Numbered from the stretch's first letter, positions 47,112 through 57,107 are shown. The stretch: DNA of 64,000 bases from Candidatus Binatia bacterium (GCA_038245295.1 JBBRSP010000002.1:128001-192000), one strand, 5' to 3'. Numbers and translations are program-made. Notes: a model not told the origin generated them from the sequence alone.

Positions 47112-47492
47112 TCACCAAACCGTCTTCACGATCTTCGACTTTCTGAGCAGTTTGTCCTTTGTGATCAGCGCAACGCGATGATGAATCGCCGTTGCAACCA
47201 GGAAGCGGTCTGCCGGATCGGGGTGCATACTCAGGCCGTCGGCCAGTATCGCAATTTCTGGCGTCAGCGGGACCGCCTCGACACGCGGAATCCGCTGAAG
47301 CATCTCCGCCCATTCCAGCACCGACATGCCGAGATCGAGGCGGCCCTTACGAACCAGCAGCGCCGTCTCCCAGAACACGATGGCGGGAATACCCAAGCGA
47401 TCTGCCTTGTCGATCGTTGCGGATGCTTTGGCGCTCAACCGCCCGGGGTCGCCTGCCCACCAGACGACCGCATGGGTATCGAGCACGATCAT
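47112..47492 (-). CDS. vapC: VapC family PIN toxin
   Basis: LDTHAVVWW, WE, HPDPADRFLVATA, LITKD. Confidence 0.92.
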   Translation of the reverse strand: MIVLDTHAVVWWAGDPGRLSAKASATIDKADRLGIPAIVFWETALLVRKGRLDLGMSVLEWAEMLQRIPRVEAVPLTPEIAILADGLSMHPDPADRFLVATAIHHRVALITKDKLLRKSKIVKTVW

Positions 47493-47495
47493 GGG

Positions 47496-47765
47496 CTACT
47501 CGTCGTCGGCGAGTCGCCAGCCCGCCTCAGTGGTTAGCGGTCGGAGGAATTCCCGCTCGCTTACCAGCATCTTGGCGCGGCCGCGCAACGCAGCCAGGAT
47601 CTCTTCTTCACGTTCGCGTTTGCTCACCATCGGTACCAGGCGCGCCACAGGCCGTCCGCGTTTGGTGATCACAACCTCCGTGTGCGTCGCCGCCACCTCG
47701 TCCAGGATCGCGAGGCAACCTTGCTTAAATGCACCTGCGGGAATCGCTTTCGAACTCATGGACAT
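47496..47765 (-). CDS. Phd/YefM family antitoxin
   Basis: AGAFKQGCLAILDEV...VVITKRGRPVARLVP; start 47765 or 47759. Confidence 0.92.
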   Translation of the reverse strand: MSMSSKAIPAGAFKQGCLAILDEVAATHTEVVITKRGRPVARLVPMVSKREREEEILAALRGRAKMLVSEREFLRPLTTEAGWRLADDE

Positions 47766-47810
47766 GATCCATGGACATATGCCACGTGCTACTCGCGCAC
47801 AAGCGCAGGC

Positions 47811-47925
47811 TCAGGCCTCGATTGACCTCGCAGACTCGTCGCAGCCGATCACACCCATCTCGGCGAAGAGACGCCGCGCCTCCGTCAGGTCGCGGGTCAT
47901 CCCGTCGATGTCACCCCGCAAGTGG
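47811..47925 (-). pseudogene. Remnant C: extreme C-terminus of another cyclase-STAND paralogue (not in ORF track)
   Basis: Hand translation HLRGDIDGMTRDLTEARRLFAEMGVIGCDESARSIEA*, matching the termini of remnants A and B. Confidence 0.65.
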
Positions 47926-48099
47926 GAAACGTCGCTCCATCGGCAGCGACCGCGGCGATGTCGAGGTCTTCAAACAGGTGGAGGAACTCGCCTACGAGAC
48001 TGCCAGCGATTGCTACGGCCACCAGGTCGGACCCTCGTGCCACCGGTGAGCCACGCCAACTCTCTAACGCCAGGCTTCACTGGACGAACCCGGCGCGTA

Positions 48100-48261
48100 G
48101 GTCCCGTCTTCATGGGAATCGGCAAACCAGAGCCGCTCAAAGAAGCGCTTCCCGGTTGGTGGTCACGACGCATTACCGGCGAGCACCGACTCGTGTACCG
48201 GGTGGTCGGCAAGGGCACGGCGCGCGAGCTGCAGATCGCGCAGGGCAGCTACCACAACTAA
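48100..48261 (+). pseudogene. Txe/YoeB toxin C-terminal fragment
   Basis: GIGKPEPLKEALPGWWSRRITGEHRLVYRV...IAQGSYH; N-terminus and antitoxin not found. Confidence 0.8.
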
Positions 48262-48368
48262 CCCTGAGGCGACTGCGTGACTTCACGACCGCGGAGTTTC
48301 ACGCCTCGACGTTTGGAAGCCGCTCGGAACGGCATCTTGGTTGGGAGGCAGTGGTCAGTAGCGAGTCG

Positions 48369-48746
48369 TTAGAGCTTTCGCGTTCCCAGGGCCAACTCCA
48401 CTGCGAAATCGAGCTCGCGGGCCGATATGGGTTTACACAGATAGGCGACGCCACCGCTGCGTCGACCCCATTGGGCGTCGTTATTGGCGCGTCGAGCCGA
48501 AGAGGCGAAGATCACTGGAATGGAGCGGATCTGATCGTCGGCTTTGATCTTGCGGCACAGGGCGTAGCCATCATCTCCGGGAAGCACGACATCGAGTACG
48601 ATGACATCAGGTTGAAAACGCTTGATTTCGTCGTTTAGTCCGTCGCCGGTCGGGCGGAGTACGAACTCGTCGCCTCGAGCCTCCAGTAGGATCCTAAGGT
48701 TAGTGGCTTCTATAGGGTCATCCTCGACGATCAGGATTTTGGGCAT
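48369..48746 (-). CDS. Single-domain response regulator
   Basis: ILIVEDD, PDVIVLDVVLP, IPVIF, KP. Confidence 0.9.
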   Translation of the reverse strand: MPKILIVEDDPIEATNLRILLEARGDEFVLRPTGDGLNDEIKRFQPDVIVLDVVLPGDDGYALCRKIKADDQIRSIPVIFASSARRANNDAQWGRRSGGVAYLCKPISARELDFAVELALGTRKL

Positions 48747-48780
48747 TCGAACTCTCCTAGGGCATGTCTTGTCGGGGTGG

Positions 48781-50481
48781 CTAGCCCGGCAAGGTGATAC
48801 GAAAACACGTCCCCTCGCCCAGCTTGCTCTCCACCGTGACGGACCCCCTTAACAGTGTGACCAACCGATGCACGATGTACAGCCCGAGACCGCTGCCACC
48901 GGCGTTCACCGACGACGCGCCGTGTGCCTGGCTGAAGGGATCGAACAGCCGCGCAATCGCGTCTTGGGCAATGCCGACGCCGGTATCGCAGACGGACAGC
49001 TCAAGCTTGTCATCAACCACCCGCGTGGCAACCGTAATCCGTCCATGTTTGGTAAATTTGAACGCGTTGTCCACTAGATTCCTGACGATTGCTTTTAGTT
49101 CCGGCGCGGGTAGCCGCAGTCCAGCCGTGCCGGGAGCAAGGCTCCAGATCAACTCGACATCAGAATGCCGGCTAGGCGGTTGGAGATCTATGCTGAGCTG
49201 GTGCAAGATCTGATCGACAGGCTCGAAGACGCGATTGCTGCCCTCGGCGACTGCCTCGGACTGAAACAGTTGTAGGGTGACGCCAACGATGTCCAATCCC
49301 TCGGCGGCTCGCGCTCTGAGCGTCCGGACGAGTTCCAGTTGATCGGCGCTCATGGTTCCGGCGTCGTCGGCCAACATTTCGGCGATGCCGTGAATTATCG
49401 CAAATGTGCCGCGCAATTCGTGCGACAGAGTCGAGGCGAAGTAGGTCTTGATCCGCGTCGCCTTGTCGAGATCCTCGGCCCGGCTTGAGGCTTCGAGGGC
49501 CAGCGCGCCAACCTGTCCTATGCCTTCGAACACGGCGCGTTGAGCTTGCGTGAATGCCTTGCCTGGGCTGCGGTACCCGGCCACTTGAACACCGTAGATC
49601 TCGTCGCCGCGTCGTAATCCGATCATCAACACTCGGGCGATTCCCAATTCCGCCAGTAGTTGCGTCGAGCGGGTCTCTTTTCGCGACGCGTCAATCTCGA
49701 GCAGTTCGTGAAGCTGGATAGCTTTCATTTCATCTGGGACCTGGTCGCTGCGCACAGCGATCCCGAGTGCTTCGCTGAGTCGGGTTGGTTCGCCTTCCCA
49801 GCCAGCAATGACGCGATAGGTATCATCCTCGGAGTTCCAGCGAATCGTGTGCGAGAAGTCACTCTGCATGACCTCGGCGGTAACCTTGCACAATCGATCG
49901 AGAAGGTTGGGGGCGCCCAGTCCTGTGATCAGCTCAAGTCCGACGCGGGTCAGCGCCGTTGCCGTCAACCTCTGTGTGGTCTGCTGACGTAGCAGCCGTT
50001 CCATCTGGAGATGCAAAACCACCTGATCGCGCACGAGTTCAAGAAGACGGCGCTGCGAGCGATTCAACTCCCGTGGCACATGGTCGATGACGCAGACTGT
50101 GCCAATTCGCACGCCATCCTCGATTTCGAGCGGCGCGCCTGCATAGAACCGGATATTGGGTTCCCCTTGCACTAGAGGGTTCTGCGCGAAGCGTTCATCC
50201 TGCTCCGCATCCCGGACCTCGAAGAGGTCCGAGCCAAGGATTGCGTGCGAGCAGAACGCTACATCCCGACTTGTTTCGGAAACTCCCAGTCCGACACGTG
50301 ACTTGAACCACTGGCGGTGTTCGTCGACTAGGCTGATCAGAGCGATCGGTGCTTCACACGCCTGCGCCAGCATGTCCGTGAGATTATCCCACGCTTCATC
50401 GGCGTTTGTATCGAGTATCAGACAATCGTTCAGCACGGCCAAGCGGTGGGCCTCGTTAGGGGGAAGTTCGGCAATCCTCAT
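48781..50481 (-). CDS. GAF-GAF sensor histidine kinase
   Basis: AFCSHAI, RFYAGAPL GAF; SHELR, NLVDNAFKF, DTGVG, GSGLGL. Confidence 0.92.
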   Translation of the reverse strand: MRIAELPPNEAHRLAVLNDCLILDTNADEAWDNLTDMLAQACEAPIALISLVDEHRQWFKSRVGLGVSETSRDVAFCSHAILGSDLFEVRDAEQDERFAQNPLVQGEPNIRFYAGAPLEIEDGVRIGTVCVIDHVPRELNRSQRRLLELVRDQVVLHLQMERLLRQQTTQRLTATALTRVGLELITGLGAPNLLDRLCKVTAEVMQSDFSHTIRWNSEDDTYRVIAGWEGEPTRLSEALGIAVRSDQVPDEMKAIQLHELLEIDASRKETRSTQLLAELGIARVLMIGLRRGDEIYGVQVAGYRSPGKAFTQAQRAVFEGIGQVGALALEASSRAEDLDKATRIKTYFASTLSHELRGTFAIIHGIAEMLADDAGTMSADQLELVRTLRARAAEGLDIVGVTLQLFQSEAVAEGSNRVFEPVDQILHQLSIDLQPPSRHSDVELIWSLAPGTAGLRLPAPELKAIVRNLVDNAFKFTKHGRITVATRVVDDKLELSVCDTGVGIAQDAIARLFDPFSQAHGASSVNAGGSGLGLYIVHRLVTLLRGSVTVESKLGEGTCFRITLPG

Positions 50482-50921
50482 AGAGCTTCGCGATCTGTGC
50501 GGGCGATTAAACACTTTCCAGCAGCGCTCGGCAACGGCCAGCCGACTCCATCAACTTGTCAGCGCGGCAAACCCGGCAGCGCCGCTGACGGTTGTGAGTT
50601 GCCCGAACCACTACGTGGCAGGCCGGACCCGGCCGCCGGAACACACTCCCGCGTACTCCCGGCGCGTGCGCTCGGGGACACCTGTCCGCAGAGGGCCCCC
50701 TCTGCCGTCGACCCAAGTCAACCTGGACACGCGGTGGCGGTCGGGCAGACCCCTGCAGACCGCGGTTCGCTGCTGGCATTGATGTGAGTACTGGCAACGA
50801 TTCACACTGAGTACACCCAACTTGCTTTGCTGGGCCAAGCCCCGTTGACGGCGTGCCATGTGGTCTTGGCCCTCGGTTTGATGAGTCTGTCGCGGCGTGC
50901 CGCGCCCGCTATAATGACAAT

Positions 50922-52829
50922 GTGTCCGATGAAGCAGCGCCCGCACAGACCTTGCCCGGCAAGGGCCCCAGCCTCGAAGACAAGCTGGAGGCGGTTCAGC
51001 CGCGTCCGGGCGTCTATCTCCTGAAGGAGAAGGGTGGCAAGGTCATCTACGTCGGCAAGGCGAAAAACCTGCGCAACCGCGTGCGTCAGTACTTCCGTGG
51101 CGGTGACGGGCGCCACCAGGTGTTGTTCCTGATGCAGCGGGTAACCGATCTCGAGACGCTGGTCACCACCAACGACAAGGAAGCGTTGATCCTCGAGAAC
51201 AATCTCATCAAGCAGTACAAGCCGCGTTACAACATCCGGCTGAAAGACGACAAATCGTACGTCAGTGTGAAGGTCACGACGCGCGACGACTGGCCGCGCA
51301 TCCTGGTGACCCGCAAGATCGTCAAGGACGGCAGCAAGTATTACGGCCCCTACGACTCAGCGAGCAGCGTGCGCGAGACGATCGATACGATTCGCAAGAT
51401 CATCCCGCTGCGCACCTGCAGCGATGGCGTGTTCCGCAATCGTTCGCGCCCGTGCCTGGAGTATCAGATCAAGCGCTGCCTTGGGCCGTGCGTTTTGCCG
51501 GTCGATCGCGCGGTTTACGCGCGCCATCTCAGCGAGGCGACGATGTTGCTCGACGGCAAGAGCCAGGTACTGGCACAGTTGCTCGAAGAGGAAATGACCA
51601 AGGCGGCGGCGGAGCTGCGTTTCGAGGAAGCAGCGCGGCTGCGCGATCAGATCCGCGCCATCGACAAGACCAACGAGAAGCAGAAGATGGTGTCGCATTG
51701 GGGCATCGATCAGGACGTCTTCGGCCTCTACCGCGAGGGCGGCTTCATCGAGGCGCAGGTGCTGTTCGTGCGTCAGGGCAAGCTCACCGGTAACCAGACC
51801 TACAGCTTCGACGACTACGAGTTCGCCGACGAGGAAGTGCTCGAGGAGTTGCTGACGCAGTTCTACCAAGGTGAACGCTACATCCCGGACGAAATCCTGT
51901 TGCCCGTGGACCTCGAAGACACGGAGGTTCGCGCCGAATATCTGGGCGAGCGTAAGGGGCGGCGCATCGAGGTGATGCGGCCGCAGCGCGGCGACAAAGT
52001 TCGCTTGATCGAAATGGCGCAGGAGAACGCGGCGCAAAGCTTCCGCGAGCGGCGCGATGCCGACAGCCAGCGCGAACGCATGTCGGAAGAACTGCAGAAG
52101 CGCCTGAACCTGCGCAACGCGCCGAAACGCATCGAGTGCTTCGATATCTCCAATATCCAGGGCCGCGTCGCCGTCGGCTCGATGGTAACCTTCGATGAAG
52201 GCGAGCCCGACAAGAGCCGCTACCGCCGTTTCCGCATCAAGACCGTCGCCGGCGCCGACGACTTCCGCATGATGTACGAAGTGTTGCACCGTCGTTTCAC
52301 GCGCGCCAAGGAGGAAGGTAGCTACCCCGATCTTCTCTTGGTCGACGGCGGCAAGGGACAGTTGGGCGTCGCGGTGGAGGTGCTACGTGAGCTCGGCATC
52401 ACCGAGGTCGACTGCGCCGGTCTGGCAAAGGACCGTGTGGCGCAAGACGTTCACTCCACCGAGATCGTCCACAGCGAGGAGCGGGTGTTCCTACCGGGCC
52501 GCAAGAATCCAGTCGTCCTCAAGCGCAACTCGAATGCGCTCTTCCTGTTGCAGCGACTGCGCGATGAGGCGCATCGGTTCGCCATTACCTATCACCGTCA
52601 GTTGCGCAGCAAGGAACGTCTACGCTCGATGCTCGATGACATCGTCGGTGTCGGTCCGACACGACGGCGACGCTTGCTGCGTCACTTCGGCAGCCTGCAG
52701 CGCGTGCGGGATGCGAGTCTGGAAGAGCTGCAGCAGGTGGCAGGGATCTCGGAAGTTCTGGCGCTGCAGATTCACCAGGCGCTGCGCTCGACGGCGCCGG
52801 TCAGCGCAGCATCCGCTGAGGAAAGCTGA
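50922..52829 (+). CDS. uvrC: Excinuclease ABC subunit C
   Basis: PGVY...IYVGKAKNLRNRV, RIECFDIS, DGGKGQ, RDEAHRFA, HhH; GTG 50922 lies 6 nt after TATAAT. Confidence 0.97.
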   Translation: MSDEAAPAQTLPGKGPSLEDKLEAVQPRPGVYLLKEKGGKVIYVGKAKNLRNRVRQYFRGGDGRHQVLFLMQRVTDLETLVTTNDKEALILENNLIKQYKPRYNIRLKDDKSYVSVKVTTRDDWPRILVTRKIVKDGSKYYGPYDSASSVRETIDTIRKIIPLRTCSDGVFRNRSRPCLEYQIKRCLGPCVLPVDRAVYARHLSEATMLLDGKSQVLAQLLEEEMTKAAAELRFEEAARLRDQIRAIDKTNEKQKMVSHWGIDQDVFGLYREGGFIEAQVLFVRQGKLTGNQTYSFDDYEFADEEVLEELLTQFYQGERYIPDEILLPVDLEDTEVRAEYLGERKGRRIEVMRPQRGDKVRLIEMAQENAAQSFRERRDADSQRERMSEELQKRLNLRNAPKRIECFDISNIQGRVAVGSMVTFDEGEPDKSRYRRFRIKTVAGADDFRMMYEVLHRRFTRAKEEGSYPDLLLVDGGKGQLGVAVEVLRELGITEVDCAGLAKDRVAQDVHSTEIVHSEERVFLPGRKNPVVLKRNSNALFLLQRLRDEAHRFAITYHRQLRSKERLRSMLDDIVGVGPTRRRRLLRHFGSLQRVRDASLEELQQVAGISEVLALQIHQALRSTAPVSAASAEES

Positions 52830-52860
52830 CGGAGCGCGCCACTCCGTGGCGCCCAGCACC

Positions 52861-52883
52861 GCAAGCTAAAGCTTGCGCCTACC
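52861..52883. repeat. Single GTAG-type REP (family of 30397)
   Basis: gcaagctaaagcttgcgcctacc. Confidence 0.7.
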
Positions 52884-52933
52884 GGTGCTCTGGGTGTCAC
52901 GCAGGGACGCACTGCTGGACGTCGGCTGCGGCG

Positions 52934-54304
52934 TTACAAATCATCCCCGCCCGGATAGTGCACTTCCTCCGGGGCGCGATTCTCAAAACGCGTGTACTCG
53001 TTCATGAAGGTCAGCTGCACCGTATCGGTCGGCCCGTTACGCTGTTTGCCGACGATCACTTCGGCGGCGCGCTCCTCGGCGGTCTTGTCGTAGACGTACG
53101 GGCGATAGAGAAAGGCGATGAGATCGGCGTCCTGTTCGATGGCGCCCGACTCACGCAGATCAGCCATGCCGGGACGCTTGTCGCCGCGGCTTTCGACCTG
53201 ACGATTGAGCTGCGACAGGGCGATCACCGGTAAGTGCAACTCCTTGGCCAGCGCCTTGAGCGAGCGTGAGATGCTGGAGATCTCCTGTTCGCGGCTGTCG
53301 TTGCGCTCGCTACCGCGCATCAGTTGCAGGTAGTCGATCATGATCAGACCGAGATTCGATTCGCGATCGCGCTTGAGGCGCCGCGCTTTGGCGCGCAGCT
53401 CGAGGATGCTGAGCGCCGGCGTATCGTCGATGTAGATCGGCGCCTCTGAGAGGCGGCTGGCGGCGAGCACCAGCTTCGGCATGTCGCGATCGGCGGCGCT
53501 GCCGGCACGCACCCTCGACTGGTCGACGCGCGCTTCGCCGCACAACATGCGCATCACCAACTGTTCCTTGGACATTTCAAGCGAGAAAACCGCGACGCCG
53601 ATTTTGGCGACCATGCCGGCGTAGGTGGCGATGTTGAGGGCGAAGGCGGTTTTACCCATCGACGGGCGGCCGGCGATGATGATGAGGTCGGACGGCTGCA
53701 AACCGGCGGTGAGTTTATCCAGATCCGTGAAGCCCGTCGGCACACCGGTGACCAACTCCTTGCGTTCGTAGAGCTGCTCGATGGCATGAATCGAATCGAT
53801 GGTGAGATCGCGGATGCGGAAGAATTGTGGCTTCACTTTACGTTCGGAGATCTCGAAGATTTTCTGTTCCGCCTGATCGAGGAAGGCCTCGACGTTGGCG
53901 TTGTGCTCGTAACCTTGCGTGGCGATCTCAGTGGCCGTTTCGATGAGGCCGCGCAGAATCGCCTTCTCGCGCACGATGCGGGCGTAGAAGGCGACATTGG
54001 CGGCGGTCGGCACTTTCTCGACGAGCTCGGCGAGATAGGACGCGCCGCCGACGTCTTGCAGCTCACCGCGGTTACGCAGGGATTCGGACAGCGTGATCAG
54101 ATCGACGGGTTCCGAGCGCTGATTCAGATCGGTCATGGCGCGCATGATCTTGCGATGCGCCTCGCGATAAAAGTCGTCGGCAACAACCGCTTCGACGACG
54201 CGATCAATCGCGGTGTTGTCCAAAAGGATTCCACCCAGCACCGACTCTTCGGCTTCGATGCTGTGCGGCGGAGTTTTGCGAAGAGTCTGTTCGATGCGGT
54301 CCAT
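52934..54304 (-). CDS. dnaB: Replicative DNA helicase
   Basis: PPHSIEAE, GRPSMGKT, SLEM, IDYLQL, LSQLNR, DLRESGAIEQDAD, KQRNGP; no intein. Confidence 0.98.
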   Translation of the reverse strand: MDRIEQTLRKTPPHSIEAEESVLGGILLDNTAIDRVVEAVVADDFYREAHRKIMRAMTDLNQRSEPVDLITLSESLRNRGELQDVGGASYLAELVEKVPTAANVAFYARIVREKAILRGLIETATEIATQGYEHNANVEAFLDQAEQKIFEISERKVKPQFFRIRDLTIDSIHAIEQLYERKELVTGVPTGFTDLDKLTAGLQPSDLIIIAGRPSMGKTAFALNIATYAGMVAKIGVAVFSLEMSKEQLVMRMLCGEARVDQSRVRAGSAADRDMPKLVLAASRLSEAPIYIDDTPALSILELRAKARRLKRDRESNLGLIMIDYLQLMRGSERNDSREQEISSISRSLKALAKELHLPVIALSQLNRQVESRGDKRPGMADLRESGAIEQDADLIAFLYRPYVYDKTAEERAAEVIVGKQRNGPTDTVQLTFMNEYTRFENRAPEEVHYPGGDDL

Positions 54305-54371
54305 GTGAGGGTGCGGACGATAGACGCATCGGCGGAACGAACTCAAGCCGGGGGGCACTGCTCCGCTCCGC

Positions 54372-54442
54372 AAGCTTCCGCTTACCCAGAACGGATGCCG
54401 ATCGGCGCAGGGTCCGAGGTAGGCGCAGGTCTTTAGCCTGCG
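54372..54442. repeat. Third copy of the 57-bp GTAG REP doublet
   Basis: aagcttccgcttacccagaacggatgccgatcggcgcagggtccgaggtaggcgcaggtctttagcctgcg. Confidence 0.85.
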
Positions 54443-54502
54443 CTGGTGGCACGAGCGGTCCCCCCGGTGTCATCGTCATCGATTCGACGTTAAGAAACCC
54501 AC

Positions 54503-55996
54503 GTGAGCCAGCAAACATTCCCGCGACGCGCCGGTATTGGTTTGCCGCTGTTCTCCCTGCGGGGCGAGTTCGACGCGGGCAGCGGTACCATGCTCGATCT
54601 GCTGCCGTTTCTCGATTGGCTGCGCGCAGGCCGGCAGACCGTGCTGCAACTACTACCGCTCAACGAATCGCCGCCCGGTGAGATGAGCCCGTACACAACC
54701 CTGAGCGCCTTCGCCTTCGATCCCGAGTACATCGCGGCACACGCCGTCGTCGATGTGCAGGCGAGCCATGAGGCCCAGGATTGGCTGCGCGGGGCACGTG
54801 TGCGCGGCTTCCTCGAGCGTATGCAACGCTCGCGGCGACGCTGGCGCCGTGCCGCCCAAAGTTTCCAGAAGCATCTCCTGGAGTTTGGCTTTGCCGAGTT
54901 CGAGCACGCCGCGACGGCCGAGCGACGGGCGCAGTTTGACGCCTATCGACAGGACGAATCGAGCTGGCTCGACGCCTACGCCCATTTTCGCGCCCTGTAC
55001 GAGAAGCACGGCGAGAGACCATGGTGGGAATGGCCCGACGAAGCCGAGCCCGACGCGACACGGGTGCGCTTCGCTCAGTACGTGCAATGGATCGCGGCGC
55101 AGCAGTGGAGTACGGTACGGCGTCACGCTGCCGCCTGCGACGTGCTGCTCAAGGGCGATCTGACCTTCGTTTGCGGCCGCGATAGTGCCGACGTGTGGAG
55201 CCGCCAGGACGAGTTTGATGCAACCAGCTCGGCCGGCGCGCCACCCGATGCGTTTAGCGAGACCGGACAGAAGTGGGATCTACCGCTTTATCGGTGGGAC
55301 CAGATGCGTGCCCGCAACTTCGATTGGTGGCGCGCCCGCGTGCGCCAGGCGGCGGCGTTGTACGATATGGTGCGCATCGATCATGTTGTCGGGTTGTTCC
55401 GCACCTACGCCATTCCGATCGTTCCCGGCGGCACAGAAGGGTTCGTGCCCTCGCAAGAGTCAGAGCAGTACCACCACGGCACGGCCTTGATGGACGCAAT
55501 CCTCGAGGCAGCCGGGTCCGGCTGTCGTGTCGTCGCCGAGGATCTCGGCACGGTTCCGGATTGGGTGCGCCACGCGCTGCACCAACGTACGATCCCTGGG
55601 TACAAGGTGTTTCGCTGGGAGATGGACGGCAGCGACTTTGCCGAACCACGACACTACCCCGAGCTGTCGATCGCAACCAGTGGCACACACGATACCGACA
55701 CGCTGGCGCAATGGTTGGGCGAGATTGACGCGTCTACACGACACGCGCTGCAGCGTTTGGTGGGAGCGACGGATCTCGAAGCGATTCTGCGGCGCCTATA
55801 TGACGCCGGCTCGGCTTTGACGATCCTGCCGCTGCAAGATGTGTTTGGTTGGCCGGATCGCATCAACGTACCGGGCACGTCGAATCGGCAGAACTGGAGC
55901 TATCGCTTGCCAACGATCGAGGCGCTGCGCCGGACGCCGGCGGTGATGCAGCGATGGGAAGAGGCGGCGCGGCTTATCGAAGCAAGCGGGCGTTAG
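54503..55996 (+). CDS. malQ: 4-alpha-glucanotransferase (GH77)
   Basis: QLLPL, SPY, GAPPDAFS.TGQ.W, RIDHVVG, AEDLG, THD, RINVPG. Confidence 0.92.
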   Translation: MSQQTFPRRAGIGLPLFSLRGEFDAGSGTMLDLLPFLDWLRAGRQTVLQLLPLNESPPGEMSPYTTLSAFAFDPEYIAAHAVVDVQASHEAQDWLRGARVRGFLERMQRSRRRWRRAAQSFQKHLLEFGFAEFEHAATAERRAQFDAYRQDESSWLDAYAHFRALYEKHGERPWWEWPDEAEPDATRVRFAQYVQWIAAQQWSTVRRHAAACDVLLKGDLTFVCGRDSADVWSRQDEFDATSSAGAPPDAFSETGQKWDLPLYRWDQMRARNFDWWRARVRQAAALYDMVRIDHVVGLFRTYAIPIVPGGTEGFVPSQESEQYHHGTALMDAILEAAGSGCRVVAEDLGTVPDWVRHALHQRTIPGYKVFRWEMDGSDFAEPRHYPELSIATSGTHDTDTLAQWLGEIDASTRHALQRLVGATDLEAILRRLYDAGSALTILPLQDVFGWPDRINVPGTSNRQNWSYRLPTIEALRRTPAVMQRWEEAARLIEASGR

Positions 55997-56018
55997 AACG
56001 CAGGCGGGGGTTGTGCGC

Positions 56019-56546
56019 TCAGCCGGCGCCGCCACCGACGTGATACAGGAGAAAATACACGGCAACGCCGCTGACGGAAACGTAGAGCCAGATTGGAAAC
56101 GTCCAGCGCGCCAAACGACGATGGCGCGCGAAATCGCCGCGCCACGCGTAGGACAGGGTGAACAGGGCCAAGGGGACAATCGTCGCGGCGAGCAGGATGT
56201 GTGGCCCGAGGATGCCGAGATAGACCGGCTTCAACCAATCGGGGCCGGCGAACTTCACTGATCCGGCCTGCGCGTGGTGCAGGACATACGTGACCAGGAA
56301 CAACACCGAAACGACAAGCGCCGTCACCATACACGCCTGGTGGGCGCTGCGTTTGCCTTGGCGGATGAAGCGATAGCCGGCAATCAACAGGACCGCGCTG
56401 GTGGCGTTGAGTGTGGCGTTGACGGCGGGAAGACGTGAGTCGACAGCGCCAGCAGCGACGCTGCTGCGCAGGATGAGCAGGGCGACGAGGCCGTTGACGA
56501 CGAGCGAGATGGTCGCAATCGCCCAGCGCAGAGTCGATTCGGACAT
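56019..56546 (-). CDS. DUF420 family membrane protein
   Basis: LPAVNATLN, HQACM, HILLA, HRRLARWTFPIWLYVSVSG. Confidence 0.9.
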   Translation of the reverse strand: MSESTLRWAIATISLVVNGLVALLILRSSVAAGAVDSRLPAVNATLNATSAVLLIAGYRFIRQGKRSAHQACMVTALVVSVLFLVTYVLHHAQAGSVKFAGPDWLKPVYLGILGPHILLAATIVPLALFTLSYAWRGDFARHRRLARWTFPIWLYVSVSGVAVYFLLYHVGGGAG

Positions 56547-56558
56547 CGTACGTGCTGT

Positions 56559-57107
56559 TTACTTGAACGAGCGCGCGAACAAATCGTCGATCGCCGCCTT
56601 GCCGTTGTCGTGCAGATACCGTGTGCCAGTGCCGCAGATCTCGGCGTGTGTGATGGTGGGAACGTGTTTCTCCCAGGCCTCGCCGGTCCAGCGCATCCAG
56701 GCGTCGCGGTCTTGATCGAAGACGAACAGCGGCTTGTTGCACAGCTTGGCGAACTCGGCGCCCCACCCGGTGCCGCCCATCACCGTATCGTCGTCGAGGA
56801 TCTTGCCGACGACGTAGATCTCCTGGGCGCTGTTGACCTGATGCCAGATCGTTTGCAGCACCTTCTTGAAGTAGTCGGTGTCGGGGTAGTGGCGCTGCAT
56901 CAGCTTGGCCACATAGGTGAGGCTGACATCACCCTTGAGCAACTCGAGGTGACTGAGCACGTGCAGGCCGCGAGTGCGCTCGACGGGATGTCCGTCGAAG
57001 GTGAAGGTAACCTCTTCGGCACCATGACGCTCCGCCGCCGCACCAAACGCCGCCTCGGCACCTTTGAGTCCGCCGCTGTACAGAACACAGTCGCTGGCTT
57101 TGAGCAT
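56559..57107 (-). CDS. Conserved hypothetical protein, possibly SLOG superfamily
   Basis: LYSGGLKGAE, GGTGWG, KPLFVFDQ, GTGTR; GGAGG SD. Confidence 0.7.
   Translation of the reverse strand: MLKASDCVLYSGGLKGAEAAFGAAAERHGAEEVTFTFDGHPVERTRGLHVLSHLELLKGDVSLTYVAKLMQRHYPDTDYFKKVLQTIWHQVNSAQEIYVVGKILDDDTVMGGTGWGAEFAKLCNKPLFVFDQDRDAWMRWTGEAWEKHVPTITHAEICGTGTRYLHDNGKAAIDDLFARSFK

Noticed and set aside
33200..48300. Integron or prophage as the explanation for the TA cluster
   Set aside because: No integrase, phage genes or recognisable attC sites; genes are in mixed orientations
50560..50610. GGCAAACCCGGCAGCGCCGCTGACG resembling a c-di-GMP-I riboswitch start
   Set aside because: Lacks the GNRA loop and the GACGCAAAG continuation and faces uvrC; needs an Infernal search to be taken seriously
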